Part shown: in pieces, positions 8,245 to 17,794 of the stretch
Layout of the letters: every line of letters begins with the position of its first letter
Numbering within the stretch: the first letter of the stretch is position 1
Assembly (NCBI GenBank): GCA_034180045.1
Contig: JAXFOY010000019.1
Span: 6,944 to 70,943 of the forward strand
DNA: 64,000 bases
Direction: 5' to 3'
Source of the DNA: Eubacterium sp.
GTDB taxonomy: Bacteria; Bacillota; Clostridia; Peptostreptococcales; Anaerovoracaceae
The notes under the pieces: model-generated
Databases searched by the model: none
Told to the model about the DNA's origin: nothing
Seen by the model: the letters and a program-made list of their open reading frames with translations, nothing else
Made by a program: the position numbers and the translations under genes

Positions 8245-10447
8245 TTAACCATTCTCCCTCCTCTTGTGAGTTAAACAGCCAAGCCCAGCGCTGCATTATT
8301 TTCAGACCTGAGAAAAATCCTGTGTCAGGACACATTGGAATCGTATCTGTTATACATTCTTGTACGCTTGCCGGTTCATAGTTCGACAAAATTATATCCG
8401 GCTCCAGCCGTTTTATGTCAGCCGTTCTTTCATTCCTATCGTAATTTTCAACGACATCTAAATTTTTCACTTCATCAAGAGCAGAACGGAACCCCTCGTC
8501 CTGAGAAAAATTTAATATGCCTATTCTGACAATATCCATTTCACAATCCAAAGCGGCACGCAAAACCCAATCGAGTTCATGATTGTATGTTATAATCATC
8601 AGCTTTTTGCCGCGAAGCAAAGGACGGATGTCTGCAATGGCTGATTCATAAATAATGCGGTTTTCTGAAATTATCTTTTCGGCTTCCTCTCGCACATCAA
8701 AATACTCACCCAGGGCTAAAAGCCAATGTTTAGTCGCATCAAAACCCACAGGAAACTGGTATTGAAAGAAACGAGAATTATAGTTTTTCTTGAAAAAGTC
8801 TTCAAGAATTTTTCCCGTATAATCCCGATAGGCTAAAAGATTAAGCTCGGCTGAGCAAAAATCACGAAGCGAGGCGTAGTCGGTATTGCATAGAAATCTA
8901 CAGTTGACGGAGATTCCCATGCGCTTTAAGAATTTGTTTATCCTTTGGAAATTTGCTTCCGTATTTCGTGCGACTACTTTTTCGAAGATGATATTTACAG
9001 TTTTAGGGCGAAGCTCAACATCGGGAATAATTATCTGCCGGGCAAGCGATGTATATGCCATGAGCATGCCTTGTAAATAATCCCCGGTGAGGTTTCCTTC
9101 AGCTTTGACAGTTACAATCTTTGTCCTATCGTTTGAAAGTGCGACAGCATCGTTTATATCATCGCCGATTATTCCCGAAGGACATGAACTTACAATTATC
9201 ACTGCCTTAGGCGGATTATCGGAATATATGATTGAACGAACCTTATCAAGCAATTTTTCACTTCCGCCAAATACCATATCACTTTCGTCCATATCGCTTG
9301 ATGTTACATTAGGAATAATTGATGATGGGAGGATGCTGCCTCTTTCAAAGAGTATTCTTCGTCCTGAAGAACTTATGGTCTGTACAGACAGATAGGTACA
9401 GCTTTTCGGTGAATGTGCCAAGATTACTACATCGCTGAGATTTGAACTCATTGTCATAGCTCCGTTAAAAGCGCAACCGTGAAGAGGTTCATCTCTGATA
9501 ACATTCTTTGATAAATAACCGCTGTCATAGCTTGAGCCTCCGCAGAAACTGTTGCAGGATGTTTTGCCTGTTTTGTCAAATCCGGCTTTCTTTTCATCAG
9601 AAGCGTGTTCTGAGTATGAGGTCTTCGTCTGTGCAGGCCTGCTCTGCAAAATAAGCGACTCCAATTCCTCGTCAGACAGCGGGTTTGCCGGATAAAGTAC
9701 AGGAGAGCTTATGATTCGTTTTGCAATGTCGGAAAAAATATTCGTGATTACATGTTCTTTACCTAAATTCAACTCAACTACAGTTTTGTTATTCTTTTCA
9801 GCCTCCGCAAAAATATCATGTCTCGGTATTTTGGCGAATACCGGAAGTTTAACAGCTTGTGCAAATTTGTAAACTCTTTCGTCTTCGTCTTTTACATTAC
9901 GGCTGTTATACAGTAAACCTGCGAGTCGCGAACGGTTTTCGTCGTAGTTTAGCACACCTCGAAGTATATTGTTTGCGGCATAAAGTGACATATATTCTCC
10001 CGAGGTGACGATGAAAATGGTATCGGAATATTCACGACGAATCGGTACGGCAAAACCGCCGCAGACAACATCTCCCAATACGTCGTATACGACGGCATCA
10101 TAGTTTTCTTTCGTGTGAAATTTTTCGAGCAGTTCAAAGGCTGTAATTATTCCTCTGCCTGCGCATCCGACACCGGGCTTCGGTCCGCCTGCTTCAATAC
10201 AGCCTACATTTCCAAAGCCCTCAAACAAAATATCGGATAATTTATATTCAAGAGGCGAGTGTGTTTTGATGTAGTCTAATACTGTAGGTATGTTTTCACC
10301 GCGCATGAGAAGCTTGGTGGAATCGTGCTTCGGGTCGCAACCTATCTGTAGAACTCTTTGATTTTGCAATGAAAGGGCTGCGGAAATATTTGCACTGAGC
10401 GTTGATTTGCCTATGCCTCCCTTACCATAAACAGCAATTTCTCTCAT
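8207..10447 (-). CDS. Fusion of NifH-like Fe protein and NifD/BchN/BchY-like component 1 subunit
   Basis: Residues 1-265: [24 protein letters not shown]95[12 protein letters not shown]129GGF. Residues ~320-746: HGC325, HSPKSC350, SSC422PSGIIGDD. Confidence 0.92.
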   Translation of the reverse strand: MREIAVYGKGGIGKSTLSANISAALSLQNQRVLQIGCDPKHDSTKLLMRGENIPTVLDYIKTHSPLEYKLSDILFEGFGNVGCIEAGGPKPGVGCAGRGIITAFELLEKFHTKENYDAVVYDVLGDVVCGGFAVPIRREYSDTIFIVTSGEYMSLYAANNILRGVLNYDENRSRLAGLLYNSRNVKDEDERVYKFAQAVKLPVFAKIPRHDIFAEAEKNNKTVVELNLGKEHVITNIFSDIAKRIISSPVLYPANPLSDEELESLILQSRPAQTKTSYSEHASDEKKAGFDKTGKTSCNSFCGGSSYDSGYLSKNVIRDEPLHGCAFNGAMTMSSNLSDVVILAHSPKSCTYLSVQTISSSGRRILFERGSILPSSIIPNVTSSDMDESDMVFGGSEKLLDKVRSIIYSDNPPKAVIIVSSCPSGIIGDDINDAVALSNDRTKIVTVKAEGNLTGDYLQGMLMAYTSLARQIIIPDVELRPKTVNIIFEKVVARNTEANFQRINKFLKRMGISVNCRFLCNTDYASLRDFCSAELNLLAYRDYTGKILEDFFKKNYNSRFFQYQFPVGFDATKHWLLALGEYFDVREEAEKIISENRIIYESAIADIRPLLRGKKLMIITYNHELDWVLRAALDCEMDIVRIGILNFSQDEGFRSALDEVKNLDVVENYDRNERTADIKRLEPDIILSNYEPASVQECITDTIPMCPDTGFFSGLKIMQRWAWLFNSQEEGEWLNDRKLFDKYYSG

Positions 10448-10534
10448 AAGTATTCCTTTGTAAAAACAGCCCGGGAAAAGGTAACTATCTTTAAGTCACC
10501 ATACCTCGGGCATATGGGTTATACCGTTAAGTTA

Positions 10535-10816
10535 TTATTTTTCGCTCGATTTTGCAGCGATAGCGATTATGTCACTATAGCGCTCGATAATTTTTTCATA
10601 GTTGCTGCGAACATGCGGGAACATGCAATTTGTGCAATCCTTAAATCCCGTTTCCGTATACCGGAAGTTTCCGCCGCACTTGTCACCTAGTGCATAAAGG
10701 GGGCAATAGCAGAACAGACAGTTAAAATCTTCCGGCTTATTAGTTTTGTGACAAGGGAAAAACTCGCATTCTTTGTGCTGAAAAAATTTATATTTTTCGG
10801 TTGTTATATTTAACAT
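10535..10816 (-). CDS. Cysteine-rich small-domain (zf-like) metal-binding protein
   Basis: CEFFPCH...NCLFCYCPLY...CGGN...KDCTNC..PH. Start refined to ATG 10816 by a GGAGG RBS. Confidence 0.85.
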   Translation of the reverse strand: MLNITTEKYKFFQHKECEFFPCHKTNKPEDFNCLFCYCPLYALGDKCGGNFRYTETGFKDCTNCMFPHVRSNYEKIIERYSDIIAIAAKSSEK

Positions 10817-10901
10817 GATAACCTCCATATTTCATTTCAAAAATCCTATGCCTATGATATAATTCTATTAGTATGAATCACTGCTGTCAAGGAGTCGAAA
10901 A

Positions 10902-13900
10902 ATGTCATTTACGCATCTGCATTTACATACCGAATACAGCTTGTTAGACGGCGCTGCCAGAATAGACGGCGTTGTTAAGCGTGCCAAAGAGCTGGGGATG
11001 GATTCTTTAGCGATAACAGACCACGGCACTATGTTTGGAGTTGTTGATTTTTACAAAGAATGCAAGAAGCACGGAATCAAGCCTTTGATAGGTTGCGAGA
11101 TATATATGGCGGCTCGTAAGATGACGGATAAGGATTCGGATTTGGACCGATACCAAAATCATCTGGTTTTGATTGCCGAAAATAACGACGGATACCGAAA
11201 TTTGATTAAGATAGTTTCGGAAGGATATATAAACGGCTACTATTACAAACCTCGCGTGGATAAGGATGTCCTGCGAAAACATAACGGAGGAATTATCGCT
11301 TTGTCAGCTTGCTTGGCGGGCAAGGTACAGCAGAGACTTCTGAACAAAGACTATGAGGGGGCAAGGCAGGAGGCGTTATCGCTTGACGAAATATTCGGTC
11401 ATGGTAATTTTTTCTTAGAAATGCAGGATCAGGGTCTTGAGGAAGAAGCTATGGTAAATCAACAGCTTTTAAGGCTTTCGGAGGAACTTGATATTCCGCT
11501 TGTCGCAACAAACGATGTTCACTATATAAGACAGGAGGATGCGGAGGCTCACGATGTGCTTCTCGCCATTCAAACCGCTACAAGCATAGATGACGAAAAG
11601 AGAATGCGTTTTCCCAATGATCAGTTTTACCTAAAAAGCGAAGCTGAGATGAGGACTATTTTTGCATTTGCACCGCAGGCTGTTTACAACACGGCTAAGA
11701 TTGCCGAAAGATGCAATGTGGAGTTTACTTTCGGTGAATATCACCTTCCTGAGTTTGTTCCGCCGGCAGGCAAGACCTGCTCCGAGTTCCTGCGGGAGTT
11801 AGTGGAGAGAGGACTTGAGCAGAGATATGAACATATAGATGAGTCTTTAACCGCAAGGATGAATTACGAACTGTCGGTGATAGAGTCCATGGGCTATGTG
11901 GAATATTTTTTGATAGTTTGGGATTTTATCAACTATGCACGAGAAAATAATATTGCCGTAGGACCCGGCAGAGGCTCAGCTGCCGGAAGCATTGTTTCAT
12001 ACTGCTTGAGGATTACCGATATTGACCCGATAAAATATAATCTCATCTTTGAGAGGTTTTTGAATCCCGAGCGAGTGAGCATGCCGGATATAGATATAGA
12101 CTTTTGCATCGAAAGGCGAGGCGAGGTCATAGAATATGTGAAGCGTAAATATGGCAGAGAGAATGTTTCGCAGATTATAACTTTCGGTAGACTAAAGGCG
12201 AAGGCGGCGGTAAGAGATGTAGGAAGAGCCCTCAATCTCACCTATGCGGAGGCTGACAGGATAGCTAAGGCCATCCCGTTTGAGCTTAATATGACTTTAG
12301 AAAAGGCTTTGAATGTAAGCCCCGAACTAAGCAAGATGTATGAGGAAGACGCCGGCGTAAAAAGAGTAATAGATATGGCTATGCGCATAGAAGGTATGCC
12401 GAGAAACGCTTCCACCCATGCAGCAGGAGTGGTTATTTCAAAACTGCCGCTAAACGAATATGTGCCGCTTTACATGTCGGACAAGGGTTTAGCTACGCAG
12501 TTTAACATGACGACAATAGAGGAACTGGGACTTCTGAAGATGGACTTCCTGGGGCTTCGTAACCTGACAATGATACGCAATGCCAAGGCATTGATAAAGG
12601 AAAATCACGGTATAGATATAGATTTCAGCAAGATAGGATATGAGGATTCCGCAGTTTATTCCATGATTGCAGACGGCAACACTCTCGGAGTGTTTCAACT
12701 TGAGAGCTCGGGGATGACCTCGTTTATGAAGAACCTTAAGCCGAGCTGCTTTGAAGATATAGTAGCCGGAATTTCACTGTTTAGACCGGGTCCCATGGAC
12801 TCAATTCCGAAATATATAGAGAACAAAAAAAATCCGCAAAATATTCAGTATGTAACCCCGCAAATTGCCAAGATACTCGATGTAAGCTATGGGTGCTTGG
12901 TATACCAGGAACAGGTAATGCAGATAGTTAGAGATCTTGCGGGATATAGTTACGGACGCTCCGACCTTGTGCGTCGTGCTATGAGCAAAAAAAAGGCGGA
13001 TGTGATGATGGAAGAAAAGGAGTGGTTCATAAACGGAAAAACAGCTGATGACGGAAGCATAGAGATTTCCGGTTGTATCAGAAACGGGATTCCAAAACAT
13101 GCGGCAGAGGCTATATTTGATGACATGGTCAGCTTTGCCGAATATGCCTTTAACAAATCACACGCGGCGGCATATGCGGTGCTTGCCTTTGAAACCGGTT
13201 ATCTGAAAAGGTACTATCCTGTAGAGTTTATGGCGGCTTTGATGACGAGCGTTATGAACGACTCATCCGCGATTTCCAAATACATTGCAAACTGTAGGGA
13301 CATAGGAATTGAAGTACTGCCGCCTTCGGTGCTGAAAAGTGAGCACAGCTTTTCTGCAAAGGACGGGAAAATTCGCTTCGGGCTTATGGCTGTCAAAAAC
13401 GTAGGCGAGGGTGTAGTAGATGCAATTATCAAAGCCAGGAAGGAAAAGGGCGAGCCGGGAAACATTTTTGACTTCATAAATAATCTCGACATAAGAGAAG
13501 TTAACAAAAAGGCGATGGAGAGTCTGATTAAGGCGGGAGCGCTCGACTGTCTCAACCCGAACCGTGCGGCTCATCTGGCAGTATATGAAGAAATAATTGA
13601 GTCGGCACAGCAAAACGCACGCAAGAACATAGCCGGTCAAATATCCCTTTTTCAGTTAAACAGTGAAGAGATGGGAAGCGGAGGCGTAACGCCAAAACTT
13701 CCTGATGCGGCTAATTTTGATAAAGCGGTACTTTTGAACCTGGAAAAAGAGATGACAGGTGTATATATCAGTGATCATCCGCTAAATCAATATAAAGATA
13801 TAATAGCAAGAGTTACAAGTTGTAATACGATGCAGCTTGTAGGCGGAGGCTATGAAGAAGGCGAGAATGCCGTGGAGGTAAGCGGAGAAAGCGGCATCAG

Positions 13901-14525
13901 AGACGGTGAGGAGGTAATTCTTGCGGGACTCATAGTCAGCAGGCGAACTTTAATAACAAAAAAAGGTCAGATGATGGCATTTGCTCAGCTTGAAGATTTG
14001 TACGGCGGTGTAGAACTGATTGTTTTCCCTAATACATTTGAAAAATGCTCGGATTTGATTGAACAAGATCAAATCGTAGTAGTCAGCGGACGCGCGGATA
14101 TATCCGAAAATGGGCAGGCAAAGGTGATAGCGGAGCACGTAGTAGGTATAGAGGAAGCCGAAAAGATTGCAGTGTTGAGAGCTGAAAGGAAAAAGTCACA
14201 AGACGCTGTAAGAGGTAAAGACGGCAATGCAGGTAACAAAATCGCGAGCGTAAGAAATGGGTTGAACGATGCTGTAAAGCTGAGAATACCTGAATTTGGC
14301 GAAGGTGTTTCAAAAGCGGGAAAAATGCAAGAAGCGGATGTCATAAGTGAAATTCAAAGGATTATGAGTGAATTTCCGGGTGAGAGCAAGGTGCTTGTAT
14401 ATCTCAGAAACGGTAAGATTGTATCGTCAGGGGACAAATATGTAAGGGCAAATTTGGAGTTTGCGGAATCTATGGCTGACTTGCTTGGATATGCCAATGT
14501 GAAGATAAAGGAGATAGCGAGATAA
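10902..14525 (+). CDS. dnaE: DNA polymerase III alpha subunit
   Basis: HLHLHTEYSLLDG PHP domain, GPGRGSAAGS, MPDIDIDF, FNKSH. Confidence 0.98.
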   Translation: MSFTHLHLHTEYSLLDGAARIDGVVKRAKELGMDSLAITDHGTMFGVVDFYKECKKHGIKPLIGCEIYMAARKMTDKDSDLDRYQNHLVLIAENNDGYRNLIKIVSEGYINGYYYKPRVDKDVLRKHNGGIIALSACLAGKVQQRLLNKDYEGARQEALSLDEIFGHGNFFLEMQDQGLEEEAMVNQQLLRLSEELDIPLVATNDVHYIRQEDAEAHDVLLAIQTATSIDDEKRMRFPNDQFYLKSEAEMRTIFAFAPQAVYNTAKIAERCNVEFTFGEYHLPEFVPPAGKTCSEFLRELVERGLEQRYEHIDESLTARMNYELSVIESMGYVEYFLIVWDFINYARENNIAVGPGRGSAAGSIVSYCLRITDIDPIKYNLIFERFLNPERVSMPDIDIDFCIERRGEVIEYVKRKYGRENVSQIITFGRLKAKAAVRDVGRALNLTYAEADRIAKAIPFELNMTLEKALNVSPELSKMYEEDAGVKRVIDMAMRIEGMPRNASTHAAGVVISKLPLNEYVPLYMSDKGLATQFNMTTIEELGLLKMDFLGLRNLTMIRNAKALIKENHGIDIDFSKIGYEDSAVYSMIADGNTLGVFQLESSGMTSFMKNLKPSCFEDIVAGISLFRPGPMDSIPKYIENKKNPQNIQYVTPQIAKILDVSYGCLVYQEQVMQIVRDLAGYSYGRSDLVRRAMSKKKADVMMEEKEWFINGKTADDGSIEISGCIRNGIPKHAAEAIFDDMVSFAEYAFNKSHAAAYAVLAFETGYLKRYYPVEFMAALMTSVMNDSSAISKYIANCRDIGIEVLPPSVLKSEHSFSAKDGKIRFGLMAVKNVGEGVVDAIIKARKEKGEPGNIFDFINNLDIREVNKKAMESLIKAGALDCLNPNRAAHLAVYEEIIESAQQNARKNIAGQISLFQLNSEEMGSGGVTPKLPDAANFDKAVLLNLEKEMTGVYISDHPLNQYKDIIARVTSCNTMQLVGGGYEEGENAVEVSGESGIRDGEEVILAGLIVSRRTLITKKGQMMAFAQLEDLYGGVELIVFPNTFEKCSDLIEQDQIVVVSGRADISENGQAKVIAEHVVGIEEAEKIAVLRAERKKSQDAVRGKDGNAGNKIASVRNGLNDAVKLRIPEFGEGVSKAGKMQEADVISEIQRIMSEFPGESKVLVYLRNGKIVSSGDKYVRANLEFAESMADLLGYANVKIKEIAR

Positions 14526-14538
14526 TAAGGAGTATAGC

Positions 14539-15498
14539 ATGAAGATTGGAGTTTTAACCAGCGGTGGAGATGCGCCCGGGATGAATGCGGCTATTCGTGC
14601 CGTGGTCAGATGCGGTATAGATGCAGGTATGGAGGTCTACGGAATAAGCCGGGGTTATGAGGGGCTGCTTGACGGAGAAATAGAAAGGATGGAGTTGTCC
14701 AGCGTCGGAGACATACTTCATAGAGGCGGAACGATATTAAAAACAGCCAGAAGTGCGAGATTTAACTCCGAGGAAGGTGTAAAGCGGGCAAAGGTGATTC
14801 TGGAAACTTTCGGCATAGAGGCGCTTGTCGTAGTCGGCGGTGACGGTTCTATGAGAGGAGCTCTTGAGCTGTCAAGGCTTGGAGTCAATGTTATGTGCTT
14901 ACCGGGAACAATAGATAACGACCTTGCCTATACTGAGTTTACTATAGGCTTTGACACTGCGGTGAATACGGTTTTAGATGCAATTTCAAAGCTGAGGGAT
15001 ACAAGCTCCGCTCACGAGAGAAATACAATTATAGAAGTTATGGGCAGAAACTGTGGAGATATTGCGCTTTATGCGGGAATAGGCGGCGGTGCGGAAGCCG
15101 TTTTGGTGCCAGAGATAAAGGCCGATGTAAACGAGATTTGCAGAAAGATTCTCAGAGGTGCTGCCAGGGGCAAGATGAACAGTATTATCATCAATGCAGA
15201 GGGTTCAGGAATAAGCTCTGCCGAGCTTTCCGAGGAAATAAGTACCGTGACAGGCAGAGAAACCAGAATAGTAGTTCTATCGTATTTGCAACGTGGCGGG
15301 GTACCAACACTCGATGACAGAATGCTTGCAAGTCAAACCGCGGCAAAGGCGATAGAGCTTATCGCAGGCGGTTTCAAAAACAAGGCGATAGGAACGGTAA
15401 GCGGAAGAATACAGGCTTTCGAAATTGAAGGGGCACTCTTGGAAAAGCGTGAATTCAACGGTGAAATGTACAGTCTTATAGATGTTTTGAGCAGATAG
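14539..15498 (+). CDS. pfkA: ATP-dependent 6-phosphofructokinase
   Basis: TSGGDAPGMN, GGDGS, PGTIDND, EVMGR; follows dnaE as usual. Confidence 0.95.
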   Translation: MKIGVLTSGGDAPGMNAAIRAVVRCGIDAGMEVYGISRGYEGLLDGEIERMELSSVGDILHRGGTILKTARSARFNSEEGVKRAKVILETFGIEALVVVGGDGSMRGALELSRLGVNVMCLPGTIDNDLAYTEFTIGFDTAVNTVLDAISKLRDTSSAHERNTIIEVMGRNCGDIALYAGIGGGAEAVLVPEIKADVNEICRKILRGAARGKMNSIIINAEGSGISSAELSEEISTVTGRETRIVVLSYLQRGGVPTLDDRMLASQTAAKAIELIAGGFKNKAIGTVSGRIQAFEIEGALLEKREFNGEMYSLIDVLSR

Positions 15499-15564
15499 AT
15501 TTATGCAAAAGGCATAGGTATACAATCAGATTTTAACAAAATATATTAAGCGAGGAATTATTTA

Positions 15565-17037
15565 ATGAAAGAAAGAATAGCGGGGAAATATCGCGGAACC
15601 GGAGTCCTGTCCGGACTGATGTACGGAATGGCGGAGTTTTATGGCGGCGGTGCCTTTGTAATAATAAACACATTTTTTATGGTTTTTCTCACAAAAGCGC
15701 TCGGTATTCCGGCAGCATGGGCGGGAGCAATTCCTTTGGCAGGCAAGGTATGGGATGCTATAACAGACCCTATAATGGGAAACATCACGGATAGAACGGT
15801 ATCAAAATACGGTCCTAAAAGGCTGTATCTTCTAATAGGCGGAATAGTATCGGCAGCGACCTTTATTCTTATGTGGACGACGCTTCCGACGGATAATAAA
15901 ACTGCGCTGTTCATGTATTACATCATAATTTATTGTCTGTTTTCAACAGGTTTTACAATCATTATGGTTCCGTACAACGGGCTTCTTCCGGATATGATAG
16001 ACGATTATTCCATAAGATCCAAGTTCTCCGCCATGCGCATGATTTGGTCAACCCTTGGAGCTATTGCGGCGGGTATCGTTCCTACTCTATTGATAAAGGA
16101 TACCTTGGATGTACATATGTATCTCAAGGTCGGAATACTTTTTGGCATACTGTTTTGCTTGAGCTCGCTCTTCACATTTACTTTCACATGGGAAAAACAA
16201 AAAGAACCTGTAAAAAGCAATATAAGAGAGAGCTTTACACAGGCTGCTTCAGTATTCAAAAGCAGGGCGTTTAGAATCTTTATAGGCATATATCTGTCCG
16301 GACAGTGCGGAATGGATTTTGTTTCTGGTATGGCGATATATTATGTCGACGATGTTCTAAACGGATATTCAAAGGGATATTTGACCATGCTGATGGGCGT
16401 TCTTCTGGTGTCACAACTTATAGGAATGCTCGTATTTGGACCTATAATGACAAGAACATCAAAGAGAACCACCATACTGATAGGCGCTCCGATAAGAATA
16501 GCATGTACGCTCGGACTTTTGGCGTTCTCATATGAGGGAGCTTCGATTTATCCTATACTAGCTCTTTCGGCAGGGGTGGGTATAGGAAATGCAGCTACTT
16601 TAACGAGTATATTCGCCATTCTCGCAGATATGGCAGAGGTTGACGAACTCATTACATCGGTAAGCAGACCGGGTATAGTGTCCGGTATGGCAACCTTTGC
16701 CAGAAAGATTTCCGCGGGCTTATCAGCTTGGATTATCGGTATTTTAATCGCTATGGTAGGATACGACACGGATATTGCGCAGTCGGGATTAAGACAGTCT
16801 CTTCATACCCAAAACGGCATTGCTCTTATATTTGTAGTTCTTCCCGTTATCTTAGTCAGCCTGCTTTTGATATTCGGATATATTTTCCCTATAACAAAGA
16901 GAGAATTCAGCATAGTTCAGAAAGAAATCGCAAGAAGGAAAGGCGAGGATGATTCGGAAACAACAGAAGAAGAAAAGAAGATTCTAAAACGCGTAACCGG
17001 TATGGAATACGATATGCTTTGGGGAAAGGAAAATTAG
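15565..17037 (+). CDS. MFS transporter, glycoside-pentoside-hexuronide (MelB) family
   Basis: About 12 TM; WDAITDPIMGNITDRT.S.YG..R signature. Confidence 0.9.
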   Translation: MKERIAGKYRGTGVLSGLMYGMAEFYGGGAFVIINTFFMVFLTKALGIPAAWAGAIPLAGKVWDAITDPIMGNITDRTVSKYGPKRLYLLIGGIVSAATFILMWTTLPTDNKTALFMYYIIIYCLFSTGFTIIMVPYNGLLPDMIDDYSIRSKFSAMRMIWSTLGAIAAGIVPTLLIKDTLDVHMYLKVGILFGILFCLSSLFTFTFTWEKQKEPVKSNIRESFTQAASVFKSRAFRIFIGIYLSGQCGMDFVSGMAIYYVDDVLNGYSKGYLTMLMGVLLVSQLIGMLVFGPIMTRTSKRTTILIGAPIRIACTLGLLAFSYEGASIYPILALSAGVGIGNAATLTSIFAILADMAEVDELITSVSRPGIVSGMATFARKISAGLSAWIIGILIAMVGYDTDIAQSGLRQSLHTQNGIALIFVVLPVILVSLLLIFGYIFPITKREFSIVQKEIARRKGEDDSETTEEEKKILKRVTGMEYDMLWGKEN

Positions 17038-17038
17038 A

Positions 17039-17794
17039 ATGAATGGCAAAAGACCCCTTGTTTGGGCACATAGAGGTGCCAGCGGCTACTGTCCCGAAAA
17101 CACTATGCCGGCATTTATAAAGGCTATAGAAATGGGGGCTGCCGGCGTGGAACTGGATGTTCAGATGTCAAAGGACGGACAGCTTGTCGTCTGCCACGAC
17201 GAGAAGATAGACAGAACCTCAAATGGTAAGGGTTTTATCAAAGATATGAGTCTGAGCGAGCTTAAAAGCTTTGACTTTTCCTATGGAAGCGAGAACTATG
17301 CAGGTGAGAGGATTCCCACCATGCGAGAAGTATTTGAACTTTACAGCGATACGGATATGTATATTAACATAGAACTTAAAACGGGGATAGTCTTCTACAG
17401 CGGAATAGAGGAAAAGATAATAGAACTTACAGAGGAATACGGTTTTACGGATAGAGTCATATATTCATCTTTTAATCATTACACAGTGAAAAAAATTAAG
17501 GAACTTAGACCTGAGGCACGCTGCGGATTCCTCTATGCGGACGGCACTATAGATATGCCAAAATATGCTAAACTCCACGGTATTGAGGCACTCCATCCTG
17601 CCGTTTACAATCTTCAATTTCCTGGATTTACGGATGAATGTTCAAAACAGGACATAGATGTAAATGTCTGGACTGTTAACGAGGACGAAGATGTTAAAAT
17701 GTGCTGCGAAAAAGGTGTAAATGCAATTATTACCAATTTTCCAGACAGGGCTCTTTCTCTAATCAAAAATATTATGGGTAAATCAAATGAGTAA
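17039..17794 (+). CDS. Glycerophosphodiester phosphodiesterase
   Basis: AHRGASG..PENT, GVELDVQ.SKDG, HD..IDRT, NIELK, WTVN. Confidence 0.95.
   Translation: MNGKRPLVWAHRGASGYCPENTMPAFIKAIEMGAAGVELDVQMSKDGQLVVCHDEKIDRTSNGKGFIKDMSLSELKSFDFSYGSENYAGERIPTMREVFELYSDTDMYINIELKTGIVFYSGIEEKIIELTEEYGFTDRVIYSSFNHYTVKKIKELRPEARCGFLYADGTIDMPKYAKLHGIEALHPAVYNLQFPGFTDECSKQDIDVNVWTVNEDEDVKMCCEKGVNAIITNFPDRALSLIKNIMGKSNE

Noticed and set aside
6910-10447. A true N2-fixing nitrogenase (nifHDK)
   Set aside because: The FeMo-cofactor Cys position is not conserved, the second subunit lacks the P-cluster Cys triad, the Fe protein has the HDS variant, and there is no nifB/E/N nearby.
10902-14525. Intein or insertion in dnaE
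   Set aside because: No intein splice motifs; the extra length is in a variable C-terminal linker.
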